A stretch of 64,000 nucleotides of DNA from assembly GCA_964361495.1 (NCBI GenBank), contig CAYIAH010000001.1, positions 1,057 to 65,056 of the forward strand. The letters are read 5' to 3'. Positions 28,384 through 37,062 of this stretch are shown here, piece after piece. The stretch is from an uncultured Candidatus Saccharibacteria bacterium. GTDB taxonomy: Bacteria; Patescibacteriota; Minisyncoccia; Sungbacterales; HO2-52-23. The notes under the pieces were generated by a model. That model was not told the origin of the DNA, searched no databases, and saw only the letters and a program-made list of their open reading frames with translations. Position 1 is the stretch's first letter. Every line of letters starts with the position of its first letter. The translations under genes and the position numbers were made by a program.

Positions 28384-29391
28384 ATGGCCACACGCATCGC
28401 CATTAACGGATTTGGACGGGTCGGCCGTTCTTTTCTTCGGGAAACATTTGATCTTCCCGAGTTCACTATTGTTGCGGTCAATGATATTGCGCCTCCTGAA
28501 ACACTTGCATACGTCCTGAAATACGACTCGGTCTACGGCAGATACCGGCATTCTGTATCGTGGGGCGAAAACAAACTTATCATAGGGGATAAGGAAGTGG
28601 CGGTATTTGAGGAAAAGGATCCCGCAAAGCTTCCGTGGAAACAACTTGGAGTGGATATCGTTATTGAATCCACCGGTAAATTCGCATCCGGAGAAAAAGC
28701 AAAGCCGCATCTTGATGCGGGCGCGAAGCGTGTCGTCATCACGGCGCCCGCATCCGATGGCGTCACCACCGCATTGATCGGTGTCAATGACGATCGGTTC
28801 GCCACTGCAGGCGCAATAACCTGCAATGCTTCATGCACCACAAACTCCGCGGCACCCGTGCTTGCGGTTATGCATGAAGCGCTGGGAATCAAAAAGGCGA
28901 GCATGATCACTGTGCACGCGTATACCGCAAGCCAGCGGGCAGTGGATGAGATTGACGCGCGAGACCGGCGCCGCGGGAGGGCCGCAGCAGTCAATATCGT
29001 CCCCTCCACGACCGGTGCGGCTGAAGCGGTTATCCAGGCGCTGCCCGAATTAAAGGGGAAATTCGATGCGGCGGCAGTCCGCGTGCCAACCGTGATCGGA
29101 TCCTTGAGTATTATCTCGGTAGCGGTGAATCGCGTGATTTCGCGTGATGAACTGCATGAGATATTTGAAGCCGCCGCGGCAACGCCGCGATGGCAAAAAA
29201 TCCTCAAGGTCACAAAAGATGAACTGGTCTCAACTGATATTATCGGCGAACCGTACGGCGCAATAGTTGACCTCACGCTCACGAAAATTGTTGACGGCGA
29301 CTTTGTGACGTTATTCTCATGGTATGACAACGAAGCGGGATACACGGCAACACTCATTGAACATGTACGGAGAGTCGTGATGCATCTATAA
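28384..29391 (+). CDS. gap: Glyceraldehyde-3-phosphate dehydrogenase
   Basis: INGFGRVGR NAD motif. Catalytic ASCTTN. The WYDNE C-terminal signature. Confidence 0.92.
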   Translation: MATRIAINGFGRVGRSFLRETFDLPEFTIVAVNDIAPPETLAYVLKYDSVYGRYRHSVSWGENKLIIGDKEVAVFEEKDPAKLPWKQLGVDIVIESTGKFASGEKAKPHLDAGAKRVVITAPASDGVTTALIGVNDDRFATAGAITCNASCTTNSAAPVLAVMHEALGIKKASMITVHAYTASQRAVDEIDARDRRRGRAAAVNIVPSTTGAAEAVIQALPELKGKFDAAAVRVPTVIGSLSIISVAVNRVISRDELHEIFEAAAATPRWQKILKVTKDELVSTDIIGEPYGAIVDLTLTKIVDGDFVTLFSWYDNEAGYTATLIEHVRRVVMHL

Positions 29392-29403
29392 ATTTTTTCC
29401 GTT

Positions 29404-30267
29404 GTGTCTCATTATATTCACGATGAAAAAATAAAAGAGCTTGAGGAGGTGGCGAATAAGATTCGCGAAAGCGTGATTGAGTCACTCGTCGCCGCGGGTT
29501 CGGGACACACGGCAGGGCCTCTGGGCATGGCGGATATTTTTGCGGCGCTGTATTTTCATATTCTTAACCATGATCCAAAAAATCCGGAGTGGCCGGAGCG
29601 CGACCGCCTCATTTTATCAAACGGGCATATTTGTCCGGTGCGCTACGCCGCCATGGCGCATGCGGGATATTTTCCTATCGAGGAACTCCAGACGCTCCGG
29701 AAACTGGGCTCCAGATTGCAAGGGCATCCTGAACGCGAGCGGCTTCCGGGCATAGAGACGACATCAGGGCCGCTTGGATCCGGTTTGGGGCAAGCCGCCG
29801 GCTACGCATACGGGACGCGCATGGACGGGAAAAAATTCCGCGTGTACTGCATCATGTCCGACGGGGAACAGCAGGCGGGTAATACATGGGAAGCGGCAAT
29901 GTTCGCGGGCAACAATAAATTAAATAATCTTACCGCGCTCATTGACCGCAACAACATCCAGATTAACGGCATGACCGAGAATGTGATGCCGCTCGAACCC
30001 CTCCGCGCCAAGTACGAGGCATTTAATTGGCATGTACTCGAAATTGACGGGCACAATATCGAACATATTGTTGACGCGGTCGAAGAGGCGAAAGCCGTGT
30101 ATGAAAAACCGACAGTCATCATTGCGCATACGATTCCGGGCAAAGGAGTGAAGGAAATAGAATTTGACTATGCGTGGCACGGCATTCCGCCAAATAAAGA
30201 ACAGGCGAACAAATTCTTAGCGGAACTGCGCACCTTGGGAGGAAAAATAAAAAGCGAACATGAATAA
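29404..30267 (+). CDS. Transketolase, N-terminal (thiamine-diphosphate-binding) subunit of a split enzyme
   Basis: GSGHTAGPLGMADIF. ThDP GDG-type motif in SDGEQQAGNTWEA...NLTALIDRNNIQI. 8-nt overlap with the C-terminal subunit gene. Confidence 0.88.
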   Translation: MSHYIHDEKIKELEEVANKIRESVIESLVAAGSGHTAGPLGMADIFAALYFHILNHDPKNPEWPERDRLILSNGHICPVRYAAMAHAGYFPIEELQTLRKLGSRLQGHPERERLPGIETTSGPLGSGLGQAAGYAYGTRMDGKKFRVYCIMSDGEQQAGNTWEAAMFAGNNKLNNLTALIDRNNIQINGMTENVMPLEPLRAKYEAFNWHVLEIDGHNIEHIVDAVEEAKAVYEKPTVIIAHTIPGKGVKEIEFDYAWHGIPPNKEQANKFLAELRTLGGKIKSEHE

Positions 30268-31225
30268 TCCGTTTTTAATAAAACCGGCGGAGCAAAAACC
30301 AACCCGCGACGGGTATGGCAAGGGGCTTGTTGCGGCTGGCGAGAAAGATAAGCGAGTCGTGGTTTTGTGCGCGGATCTCGCCGAATCAACGCGATCGCAT
30401 TGGTTCAAAGAAAAGTTTCCGGATCGTTACATAGAATTGGGGGTTGCGGAACAAAATATGGCGACGGTCGCGGCAGGTCTTGCAAACTACGGAAAAATTC
30501 CTTTTATTTCTTCATATGCCGCTTTCAGTCCGGGCAGAAATAATGAGCAGATTCGGACGACCATTGCAATCAATAACCTTGGCGTAAAAATAGGTGGGGC
30601 GCATGCGGGAATTTCAGTCGGACCCGACGGCGCCACGCATCAGGCGCTTGAGGACGCGGGCATCATGCGCATGATGCCGCGGCTCACAGTCCTTGTGCCC
30701 TGTGACGCGATTGAAGCAGAAAAGGCGACGATTGCCGCCGCGTTTCATCCCGGACCCGTCTATATCCGTTTCGGCCGGGAGAAGTCGCCAGTATTCACCA
30801 CGGCTGAAACACCGTTCGCCATCGGCAAAGCAGTCGTTTTCCGGGAAGGAAAAGATGTCTCAATTATCGGCTGCGGCATGCTTCTCTATAATGCGCTCAC
30901 CGCCGCGGAACAGCTCGCCGGAGAGGGGATTGACGCAGAAGTGCTTAACAGTCCGACGCTCAAGCCGTTTGATACGGATACGATTGTCGCGAGCGTGAAA
31001 AAAACCGGCGCCGCAGTGACCGTTGAAGAACATCAAATCTATGGGGGACTGGGGTCTGCGGTTGCCGAGGTTCTTGCTCTGCATTTTCCCGCTCCCATGG
31101 AATTTGTCGGTGTGCGCGACCGATTCGGCGAATCGGGAAATCCGAGTGAACTGATTGAAGCGTTTGGTCTTGGCGTAAAGGATATTGCCGCCGCGGTGAA
31201 AAAGGTCATCGCAAGAAAAAAATAA
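30260..31225 (+). CDS. Transketolase, C-terminal (pyrimidine-binding plus C-terminal domain) subunit
   Basis: Pyr domain GVAEQNMATVAAGLA. C-terminal domain FVGVRDRFGESG. Confidence 0.88.
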   Translation: MNNPFLIKPAEQKPTRDGYGKGLVAAGEKDKRVVVLCADLAESTRSHWFKEKFPDRYIELGVAEQNMATVAAGLANYGKIPFISSYAAFSPGRNNEQIRTTIAINNLGVKIGGAHAGISVGPDGATHQALEDAGIMRMMPRLTVLVPCDAIEAEKATIAAAFHPGPVYIRFGREKSPVFTTAETPFAIGKAVVFREGKDVSIIGCGMLLYNALTAAEQLAGEGIDAEVLNSPTLKPFDTDTIVASVKKTGAAVTVEEHQIYGGLGSAVAEVLALHFPAPMEFVGVRDRFGESGNPSELIEAFGLGVKDIAAAVKKVIARKK

Positions 31226-31235
31226 TGAGACAGGA

Positions 31236-32384
31236 ATGGTTTCAATACTGCAAAAAGATTCATACGGACCAGAATATCTCGTGGAGATACATGATCCCTC
31301 GCTTGGTATGGAGGGGTTTCTTGTCATTGATAACACAGCGCTCGGGCCGGGCAAGGGCGGGATTCGCATGACCGAGGACGTAAGCGCGGAGGAGGTCGCG
31401 CGTCTTGCGCGCGCAATGACCTGGAAAAATGCGCTTGCGGGCATTCCTTTTGGTGGCGCGAAAGCGGGGATTCAATGGAATGCTTCAGAACAAAATGATG
31501 CCCACTCGGCATCTGCCCGCAAAAAAGAGTATGTACAAAGTTTTGCGCGGCGCATCGCGCCATTCATTCCAAAACTCTATATTGCGGGTCCTGATGTCAA
31601 TAGCGGCGCTGAAGAAATGCGGTGGTTCGCGGAAGCGATAGGCAAATGGAACGCGGCAACCGGAAAACCGTCTGATTTCTGTTTCGTTGCCTCTTCGGGG
31701 AAAAAGAAGTGCGGCCTCCCGCATGAATTGGGGAGCACCGGTTTTGGAGTTGCGCATGCTGCTCGCGTTGCGCTGGAACTAAAAGGACTACCTATCAAAA
31801 AAGCGACGGCCGCCATTGAGGGCTACGGCAATGTGGGAAGCTTTGCTCATCAGTTCCTGCAGGAAATGGGGATTCGGGTGGTCGCCGCAGTCGACCGAAA
31901 AGGCGGCATCTACCATGATCCGGGACTGGACGCAAAATCGTTGCGATTTCTGAAAGCACAGGGAAAATCAGTCGCTGAATATCCCCATGGAAAAAAATTA
32001 TCCCGCGACGATCTTTTTAATCTTGCGGTTGATGTCCTTATTCCCGCATCGGTCACGGATGTGATCACCGATGCGCATAAAAATAAAATCCAGGCAAAGA
32101 TTATTGTCGAAGGAGCGAATATCCCCATGAAAGAGCACATTGAAGAACATCTTTGGAAACGAAAGGTACTCGTGGTACCCGACATTATCGCAAATGCAGG
32201 CGGCGTCATTTCTTCATATGCCGAATACCGGGGATACTCTCCAAAAAAAATGTTCGCATTGGTTGAAGAACGCATTGAAAAAGTGGTACGGGAAGTGCTT
32301 ACAAAAAGTTTGCAGGAAGGCGTGAGCGCGCGGACTGCTGCTCTGGGTATCGCGCGTCTCCGGATTGAACGCGCGCGCGCCTAG
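31236..32384 (+). CDS. Glu/Leu/Phe/Val dehydrogenase-family protein (most likely glutamate dehydrogenase)
   Basis: Catalytic region GPGKGGIRM...GIPFGGAKAGI. NAD Rossmann GYGNVGS. Confidence 0.8.
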   Translation: MVSILQKDSYGPEYLVEIHDPSLGMEGFLVIDNTALGPGKGGIRMTEDVSAEEVARLARAMTWKNALAGIPFGGAKAGIQWNASEQNDAHSASARKKEYVQSFARRIAPFIPKLYIAGPDVNSGAEEMRWFAEAIGKWNAATGKPSDFCFVASSGKKKCGLPHELGSTGFGVAHAARVALELKGLPIKKATAAIEGYGNVGSFAHQFLQEMGIRVVAAVDRKGGIYHDPGLDAKSLRFLKAQGKSVAEYPHGKKLSRDDLFNLAVDVLIPASVTDVITDAHKNKIQAKIIVEGANIPMKEHIEEHLWKRKVLVVPDIIANAGGVISSYAEYRGYSPKKMFALVEERIEKVVREVLTKSLQEGVSARTAALGIARLRIERARA

Positions 32385-32391
32385 AATTCAT

Positions 32392-32443
32392 CTCGGAGAG
32401 AGAATCTCACGGCGCGCGAAGCGCGCACAGTTCTCCCTCCGAG
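32392..32443. repeat. GC-rich hairpin (arms CTCGGAGAGAGAA / TTCTCCCTCCGAG) carrying the core GGCGCGCGAAGCGCG, which is shared with the hairpin at 35024-35047
   Basis: Read directly. Lies between the gdh stop (32384) and the PGI/PMI start (32455). Confidence 0.4.
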
Positions 32444-32454
32444 TTCAATTTCGC

Positions 32455-33441
32455 ATGTACGAAGCGATCAAAAATTTCTCCGCCCAATTTTTATTTGAGC
32501 CGAAAATTGAAAATGAAACCGAGCTTCCCGCCGCGACCCATTTTGTCGTCGCCGGCATGGGAGGATCGCATCTTGCCGCGGATCTTATCAACATACGTAT
32601 TCCCGAATTGAAACTTGCCGTGCATCACGATTATGGACTGCCGCTGTTTGATAAGGATGCGTATAAAGAAAATCTTTTCATTGCCAGTTCATATTCCGGA
32701 AACACCGAAGAGACCCTTGACTCCTATGAGAAAGCGCGCGCGCAAGAATATGCGGTCGCGGCAATAAGCACTGGAGGAAAACTTCTTGACTATGCGAGAA
32801 GAGACCGTGTGCCGTTTATCCAACTGCCCGACACCGGCATCCAGCCGCGCGCAGCCCTCGGTTTCAGCACAAGGGCGTTGCTCAAATTATTCCGCGAGGA
32901 TTCGGCGCTCCATGAGACGCGCTCACTTGGCGAACATCTGAAACCCGAAGAATTCGAAGAACAGGGAAAAGCGCTCGCCGAACGCCTCCGCGGGAAAATT
33001 CCGCTCATCTATACTTCGCGCCGCAACGCGCCGCTCGGATATGCATGGAAAATAAAATTCAATGAGACCGCCAAAATTCCCGCATTTTGCAACAATTTTC
33101 CCGAATTGAGTCATAACGAAATGACGGGGTTTGATCGGGCCGCCTCGACCCGCGACTTGTCAGAACGGATGTGTGTTATTATGCTGAAAGATGCCCGTGA
33201 CGGGGAGAGAGTGCAAAAACGAATGGATATTACCGCGACAATGCTTCGCGAACGCGGCGTGTCGGTGGAAGCGCTTACCCTCAAAGAGGGGATCGGATTC
33301 TATACGATATTTTCCACGCTTTTAATTGCGGATTGGACATCGTATTACACCGCGCTCTACTATGGGGTCGAACCCGAAGAGGTGCCCATGGTCGAAGAAC
33401 TTAAAAAACGAATCACCTTACATGGAACAGACACCAACTGA
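32455..33441 (+). CDS. Bifunctional phosphoglucose/phosphomannose isomerase, SIS-domain (archaeal-type) family
   Basis: SIS motifs VVAGMGGSHLAAD and FIASSYSGNTEET. C-terminal catalytic region. Start moved to ATG 32455. Confidence 0.7.
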   Translation: MYEAIKNFSAQFLFEPKIENETELPAATHFVVAGMGGSHLAADLINIRIPELKLAVHHDYGLPLFDKDAYKENLFIASSYSGNTEETLDSYEKARAQEYAVAAISTGGKLLDYARRDRVPFIQLPDTGIQPRAALGFSTRALLKLFREDSALHETRSLGEHLKPEEFEEQGKALAERLRGKIPLIYTSRRNAPLGYAWKIKFNETAKIPAFCNNFPELSHNEMTGFDRAASTRDLSERMCVIMLKDARDGERVQKRMDITATMLRERGVSVEALTLKEGIGFYTIFSTLLIADWTSYYTALYYGVEPEEVPMVEELKKRITLHGTDTN

Positions 33442-34027
33442 AATACAAAATCCAAATTCATCATCCGGCACGAAAGCGGAATTCAAAAAAACTCGCCACG
33501 ATGAAGCGCGGCGCCGTAAAAACATGAAGGGAGCCGCTGTCGCGCTCATTATAGTATGCCTCGTCGGCGGCGCGATATACGGCGCTATTGCATACCGCCG
33601 CTCGCGGACAAAAAATCTTCCGGGAGTCGCCTTTGAAGAGCAGGGACGCGAACACGTGGGTCCCGGCCACCCGCATGCCTATAATTCCAACCCGCCGACT
33701 TCCGGACCGCATTTTACGAGTCCAATTGACTGGGGCGTGTATAAAGACGAGCTTCTCGACGAAGCGTTGATCCATAATCTTGAACACGGCGGCGTCTGGA
33801 TTTCGTATCGCCCCGACATTGCCGAGGAACTCAAAAAGAAACTGGAGGGGTTCTATGCAGAGTTCGGAAGAAAGATTATCGTGACACCGCGCGCAAAGAA
33901 TGACGCTGACGTGGCGCTCGCCGCATGGACGCGGCTTGACACATTCAGCGCTCGCGAATTTTCAGAAGAGCGCGTTCGGCGGTTCATCAAAGCGTTTCGA
34001 AATAAAGGCCCTGAATTTGTTCCATAA
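33422..34027 (+). CDS. DUF3105-family membrane-anchored protein
   Basis: TM anchor. Conserved NPPTSGPH and HNLEHGGVWI. Start at ATG 33422, overlapping the upstream stop by 20 nt. Confidence 0.55.
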   Translation: MEQTPTEIQNPNSSSGTKAEFKKTRHDEARRRKNMKGAAVALIIVCLVGGAIYGAIAYRRSRTKNLPGVAFEEQGREHVGPGHPHAYNSNPPTSGPHFTSPIDWGVYKDELLDEALIHNLEHGGVWISYRPDIAEELKKKLEGFYAEFGRKIIVTPRAKNDADVALAAWTRLDTFSAREFSEERVRRFIKAFRNKGPEFVP

Positions 34028-34036
34028 ATAATTCCA

Positions 34037-35005
34037 ATGTACGACGTCATCATCATCGGCGGGGGACCCGCCGGCAGCGCCGCAACGGTCTACGCGGCGC
34101 GCAAGAAACTGAAAACCGCCCTCATTACCGAATCATTCGGCGGCCAATCAATTGTATCCGACGATATTCAAAACTGGATTGGCGAACCGCACATCTCAGG
34201 TCTTGATCTTGCCCGAAAATTTGAGGCGCATATACGCGCGTATCCGGAGAATGTAGAGGTCAAGATGCCCGAAAAAGTAATTGAGGTGCGCTCAATCAAA
34301 TGCAGTGCGGTTGATCGTATATGCGATTTTGAAGTCAAGACCGATCAGGGGAATACCTACCAAACAAAAACCGTTATTGTCGTCGCGGGCGCGCGGCGCA
34401 GAAAACTTAACGTGCCCGGAGAGGATCGTTTTAACGGCAAGGGCGTCGCGTACTGTTCAACATGCGATGCGCCGCTCTTTTCCGGAAAAAAAGTCGCCGT
34501 CGTCGGCGGCGGCAATGCGGGGCTTGAAGCGGTGCAGGATCTTTTTCCGTATGCCGCCGAGGTATACCTTCTGGAATATGGAGAAGCGCTCAAGGGAGAT
34601 CCGGTCACCCAAGAAGAGATCAAAAAAAATCCAAAATTCAAAGGCATTATTTTCAACGCCCAAACCATTGAAGTGACCGGAAACCAGTTTATGAACGGCA
34701 TAAAGTATCAAGATAAAAAAAGCGGGGAGGAAAAATTTCTTCCCGCGGACGGGGTCTTTGTAGAAATCGGTTCAGTGCCGAATTCCGAGATCGTGAAAAA
34801 TCTTGTTGATCTGGATAAGTGGGGGCAGATTATTATTAACTCAAAGCACGCTTCCACCTCTCACCCCGGCATTTTTGCCGCAGGCGACATTACCGACGAC
34901 CCCTATAAACAAAATAACATTTCGGCGGGGGACGCCGTAAAAGCGGCGCTCGCCGCCTATGCGTATCTGCTGAAACGAGAAAAACAAAGTCCCGTGGGGG
35001 GGTGA
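34037..35005 (+). CDS. Thioredoxin-disulfide reductase-family flavoprotein
   Basis: FAD motif DVIIIGGGPAGSAA. Redox-active CSTCDAPLF. NAD(P) motif VAVVGGGNAGLE. C-terminal GDITD. Confidence 0.8.
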   Translation: MYDVIIIGGGPAGSAATVYAARKKLKTALITESFGGQSIVSDDIQNWIGEPHISGLDLARKFEAHIRAYPENVEVKMPEKVIEVRSIKCSAVDRICDFEVKTDQGNTYQTKTVIVVAGARRRKLNVPGEDRFNGKGVAYCSTCDAPLFSGKKVAVVGGGNAGLEAVQDLFPYAAEVYLLEYGEALKGDPVTQEEIKKNPKFKGIIFNAQTIEVTGNQFMNGIKYQDKKSGEEKFLPADGVFVEIGSVPNSEIVKNLVDLDKWGQIIINSKHASTSHPGIFAAGDITDDPYKQNNISAGDAVKAALAAYAYLLKREKQSPVGG

Positions 35006-35023
35006 GAGCATTATCTCCTTGCG

Positions 35024-35047
35024 CCTCGCGGCGCGCGAAGCGCGAGG
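35024..35047. repeat. GC-rich hairpin (CCTCGCG gcgcgcgaag CGCGAGG) sharing the 15-mer GGCGCGCGAAGCGCG with 32411-32425
   Basis: Read directly. Lies between the stop at 35005 and the atpB start at 35070. Confidence 0.35.
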
Positions 35048-35069
35048 GTTTCCTCCTCCAAGATGAATC

Positions 35070-35810
35070 ATGCCGCATATCGAAATTGCCGCAGAGCGAC
35101 TCATTGAATTATTTGGAATGCCGATCACGAACACGCTCATTACGAGCTGGATCGTTGTCGGCTTCTTGGTGCTGTCGGCCGTTCTTTTTCAAAAGCGCGT
35201 CACGCGCGTCCCGAAGGGCGCGCAAAATATCGCAGAATTTTTTGTCGAGAAACTGCTCGGCCTCATGGAGGGGGTCATCGGATCGCGTGAAAAAGCAGAG
35301 CGCTATTTCCCGATTGTGGCAACTCTTTTTATTTTTATCCTCATATCCAACTGGTTTGGCATCTTTCCGGGGGTCGGCTCTTTGGGGCTCATCGAGGAAC
35401 ACGAGGGGCGCCCCGTGTTTGTGCCCCTTCTTCGTTCTGCGGCAAGCGATGTGAATACGACTTTGGCTCTCGCCGCGATCGCGGTCATCCTTATCAATCT
35501 CATGGGGATTGCAAGCGCGGGCGTGTGGCGATACGTGTCAAGATTTATCTCTTTCAAAGGCCCGATCGAGTTTTTTGTGGGCATACTTGAATTTATTTCG
35601 GAATTTGCTAAGATTATTTCATTCGCGTTCCGCCTGTTTGGCAACATATTTGCGGGAGAGGTATTGCTCGTGATTACCGCATTTCTTATTCCATACTTTG
35701 TGCCGATTCCATTTCTGATGCTTGAACTGTTTGTCGGGTTTATTCAGGCGCTTGTCTTCGCAATGCTCACCACCGTATTTATCAGCATTGCCACGGCGGA
35801 ACATCATTAA
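35070..35810 (+). CDS. atpB: F0F1 ATP synthase subunit a
   Basis: Five TM helices with the conserved FRLFGNIFAGE (essential Arg) and LFVGFIQALVFAMLT. Confidence 0.9.
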   Translation: MPHIEIAAERLIELFGMPITNTLITSWIVVGFLVLSAVLFQKRVTRVPKGAQNIAEFFVEKLLGLMEGVIGSREKAERYFPIVATLFIFILISNWFGIFPGVGSLGLIEEHEGRPVFVPLLRSAASDVNTTLALAAIAVILINLMGIASAGVWRYVSRFISFKGPIEFFVGILEFISEFAKIISFAFRLFGNIFAGEVLLVITAFLIPYFVPIPFLMLELFVGFIQALVFAMLTTVFISIATAEHH

Positions 35811-35853
35811 AATTCGTCGAATCCGCGTTATCCGTTTACTACACTATACTATT

Positions 35854-36081
35854 ATGGAGCAAGAAACCATAAAATTGCTTGCGACGGCCGGAGCGATCGT
35901 CGGCGGCACCACGGTGCCCGCGCTTGCCATTGCGCTTATCGGCAGCAAGGGATTGGAGGCGATCGGCCGGAATCCGGAAGCCGCGACGAAAGTGCAGACC
36001 GCAATGATTCTTGCGATCGCATTTGCCGAGGCAATCGCAATCTACGCCCTCGTGGTCGCGCTCATCATTAAATTCGTATAA
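35854..36081 (+). CDS. atpE: F0F1 ATP synthase subunit c
   Basis: 75-aa hairpin proteolipid. GLEAIGRNPEA loop. Conserved carboxylate in IAFAEAIAIYALV. Start moved to ATG 35854. Confidence 0.9.
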   Translation: MEQETIKLLATAGAIVGGTTVPALAIALIGSKGLEAIGRNPEAATKVQTAMILAIAFAEAIAIYALVVALIIKFV

Positions 36082-36109
36082 GCCCGTAGGCGTCTGACCG
36101 AACGGGACT

Positions 36110-36619
36110 TTGATGGCTGAATTCATCCGTCATTTTGGTATTGATTGGAAACTCTTCCTCGCGCAGGCAGTGAATTTTTTTATACTCCTTTTTGTCCTGA
36201 AAAAATTTGCCTACGGCCCCATTCTTGAACTCTTCAGAAAAAGACGCACCGAAATTCAAGAGGGGATTGCCATGCGGCGCGAAGCTGAAAAACATCTTCG
36301 GGAGGTTGATTCTGAAAAACAAAAAATTCTTTCAAACGCGGAACGCGAGGCCATATCTCTTATAGATCATGCCCGCGAGACCGCAAAAAAGCAGCACCAA
36401 GAAATCGTTGCAGAGGCGGGAGCGAAAGCCGAGAGTATCCGCGCCCAGACAAAACACGCAATTCTCCAAGAACGCGCAGCAATGACCGCCGCCCTTTATG
36501 ATGACGCAAAAGAGCTCGTGCGTCTCGGCGTTCAGCGCGTGCTTCAAAAAATTCCCGCGAAGAATCGTGATCAGATGCTCATTAAAGAGGCGCTCCGCGA
36601 ATTGGAGAAAACCGTATGA
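36110..36619 (+). CDS. atpF: F0F1 ATP synthase subunit b
   Basis: Single N-terminal TM, then a long charged helix. Position in the operon. Confidence 0.8.
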   Translation: MMAEFIRHFGIDWKLFLAQAVNFFILLFVLKKFAYGPILELFRKRRTEIQEGIAMRREAEKHLREVDSEKQKILSNAEREAISLIDHARETAKKQHQEIVAEAGAKAESIRAQTKHAILQERAAMTAALYDDAKELVRLGVQRVLQKIPAKNRDQMLIKEALRELEKTV

Positions 36620-36996
36620 AATATACCATCCGTCAGTATGCGGAGGCCCTGCGGTATTCTTTCCAAGATAAAACCGGCATGAAACGGCGCGCCGTTATAA
36701 AACGTTTTTTAGAGACGCTGCGGCATCATCAGAAAACCCATTGGCTCAAAGCAATTCTTCATGAAGCAGAAATGCAGGAGCGCGCGGCGCGCGGAATCAA
36801 AAAAATCATGATTATGTCCGCTTCGCCGCTGCCGAAGACCGTGCACAAAAAAATAGCTTCTCTTTTTTCAGGAAAGGCGCACATTGAAGAAAAAATCGCT
36901 CCCGAACTTTTTGCGGGCATTTCAATTTTTATTGATGAAGAGCTCCTTATTGACGCGAGCGCGCAAAACGCACTCCGACTGATGTTTAGGAAATAA
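36616..36996 (+). CDS. atpH: F0F1 ATP synthase subunit delta (OSCP), short form
   Basis: Operon position after atpF with a 4-nt overlap. 126 aa with the helical OSCP N-terminus. Sequence alone is weak evidence. Confidence 0.6.
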   Translation: MKYTIRQYAEALRYSFQDKTGMKRRAVIKRFLETLRHHQKTHWLKAILHEAEMQERAARGIKKIMIMSASPLPKTVHKKIASLFSGKAHIEEKIAPELFAGISIFIDEELLIDASAQNALRLMFRK

Positions 36997-37013
36997 TAAT
37001 GTGGATAATAAAA

Positions 37014-37050
37014 ATCCGTCCCGATGGCTACCGAGACGGTTTTTTGTTTC
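37014..37050. terminator. Bidirectional terminator hairpin between convergent atpH (+) and the AAA ATPase gene (-)
   Basis: ATCCGTC...GACGGTT stem followed by TTTTTTGTTT on the plus strand, and preceded by AAAAAT (T-rich on the minus strand). Confidence 0.5.
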
Positions 37051-37062
37051 CATAACGAAACC

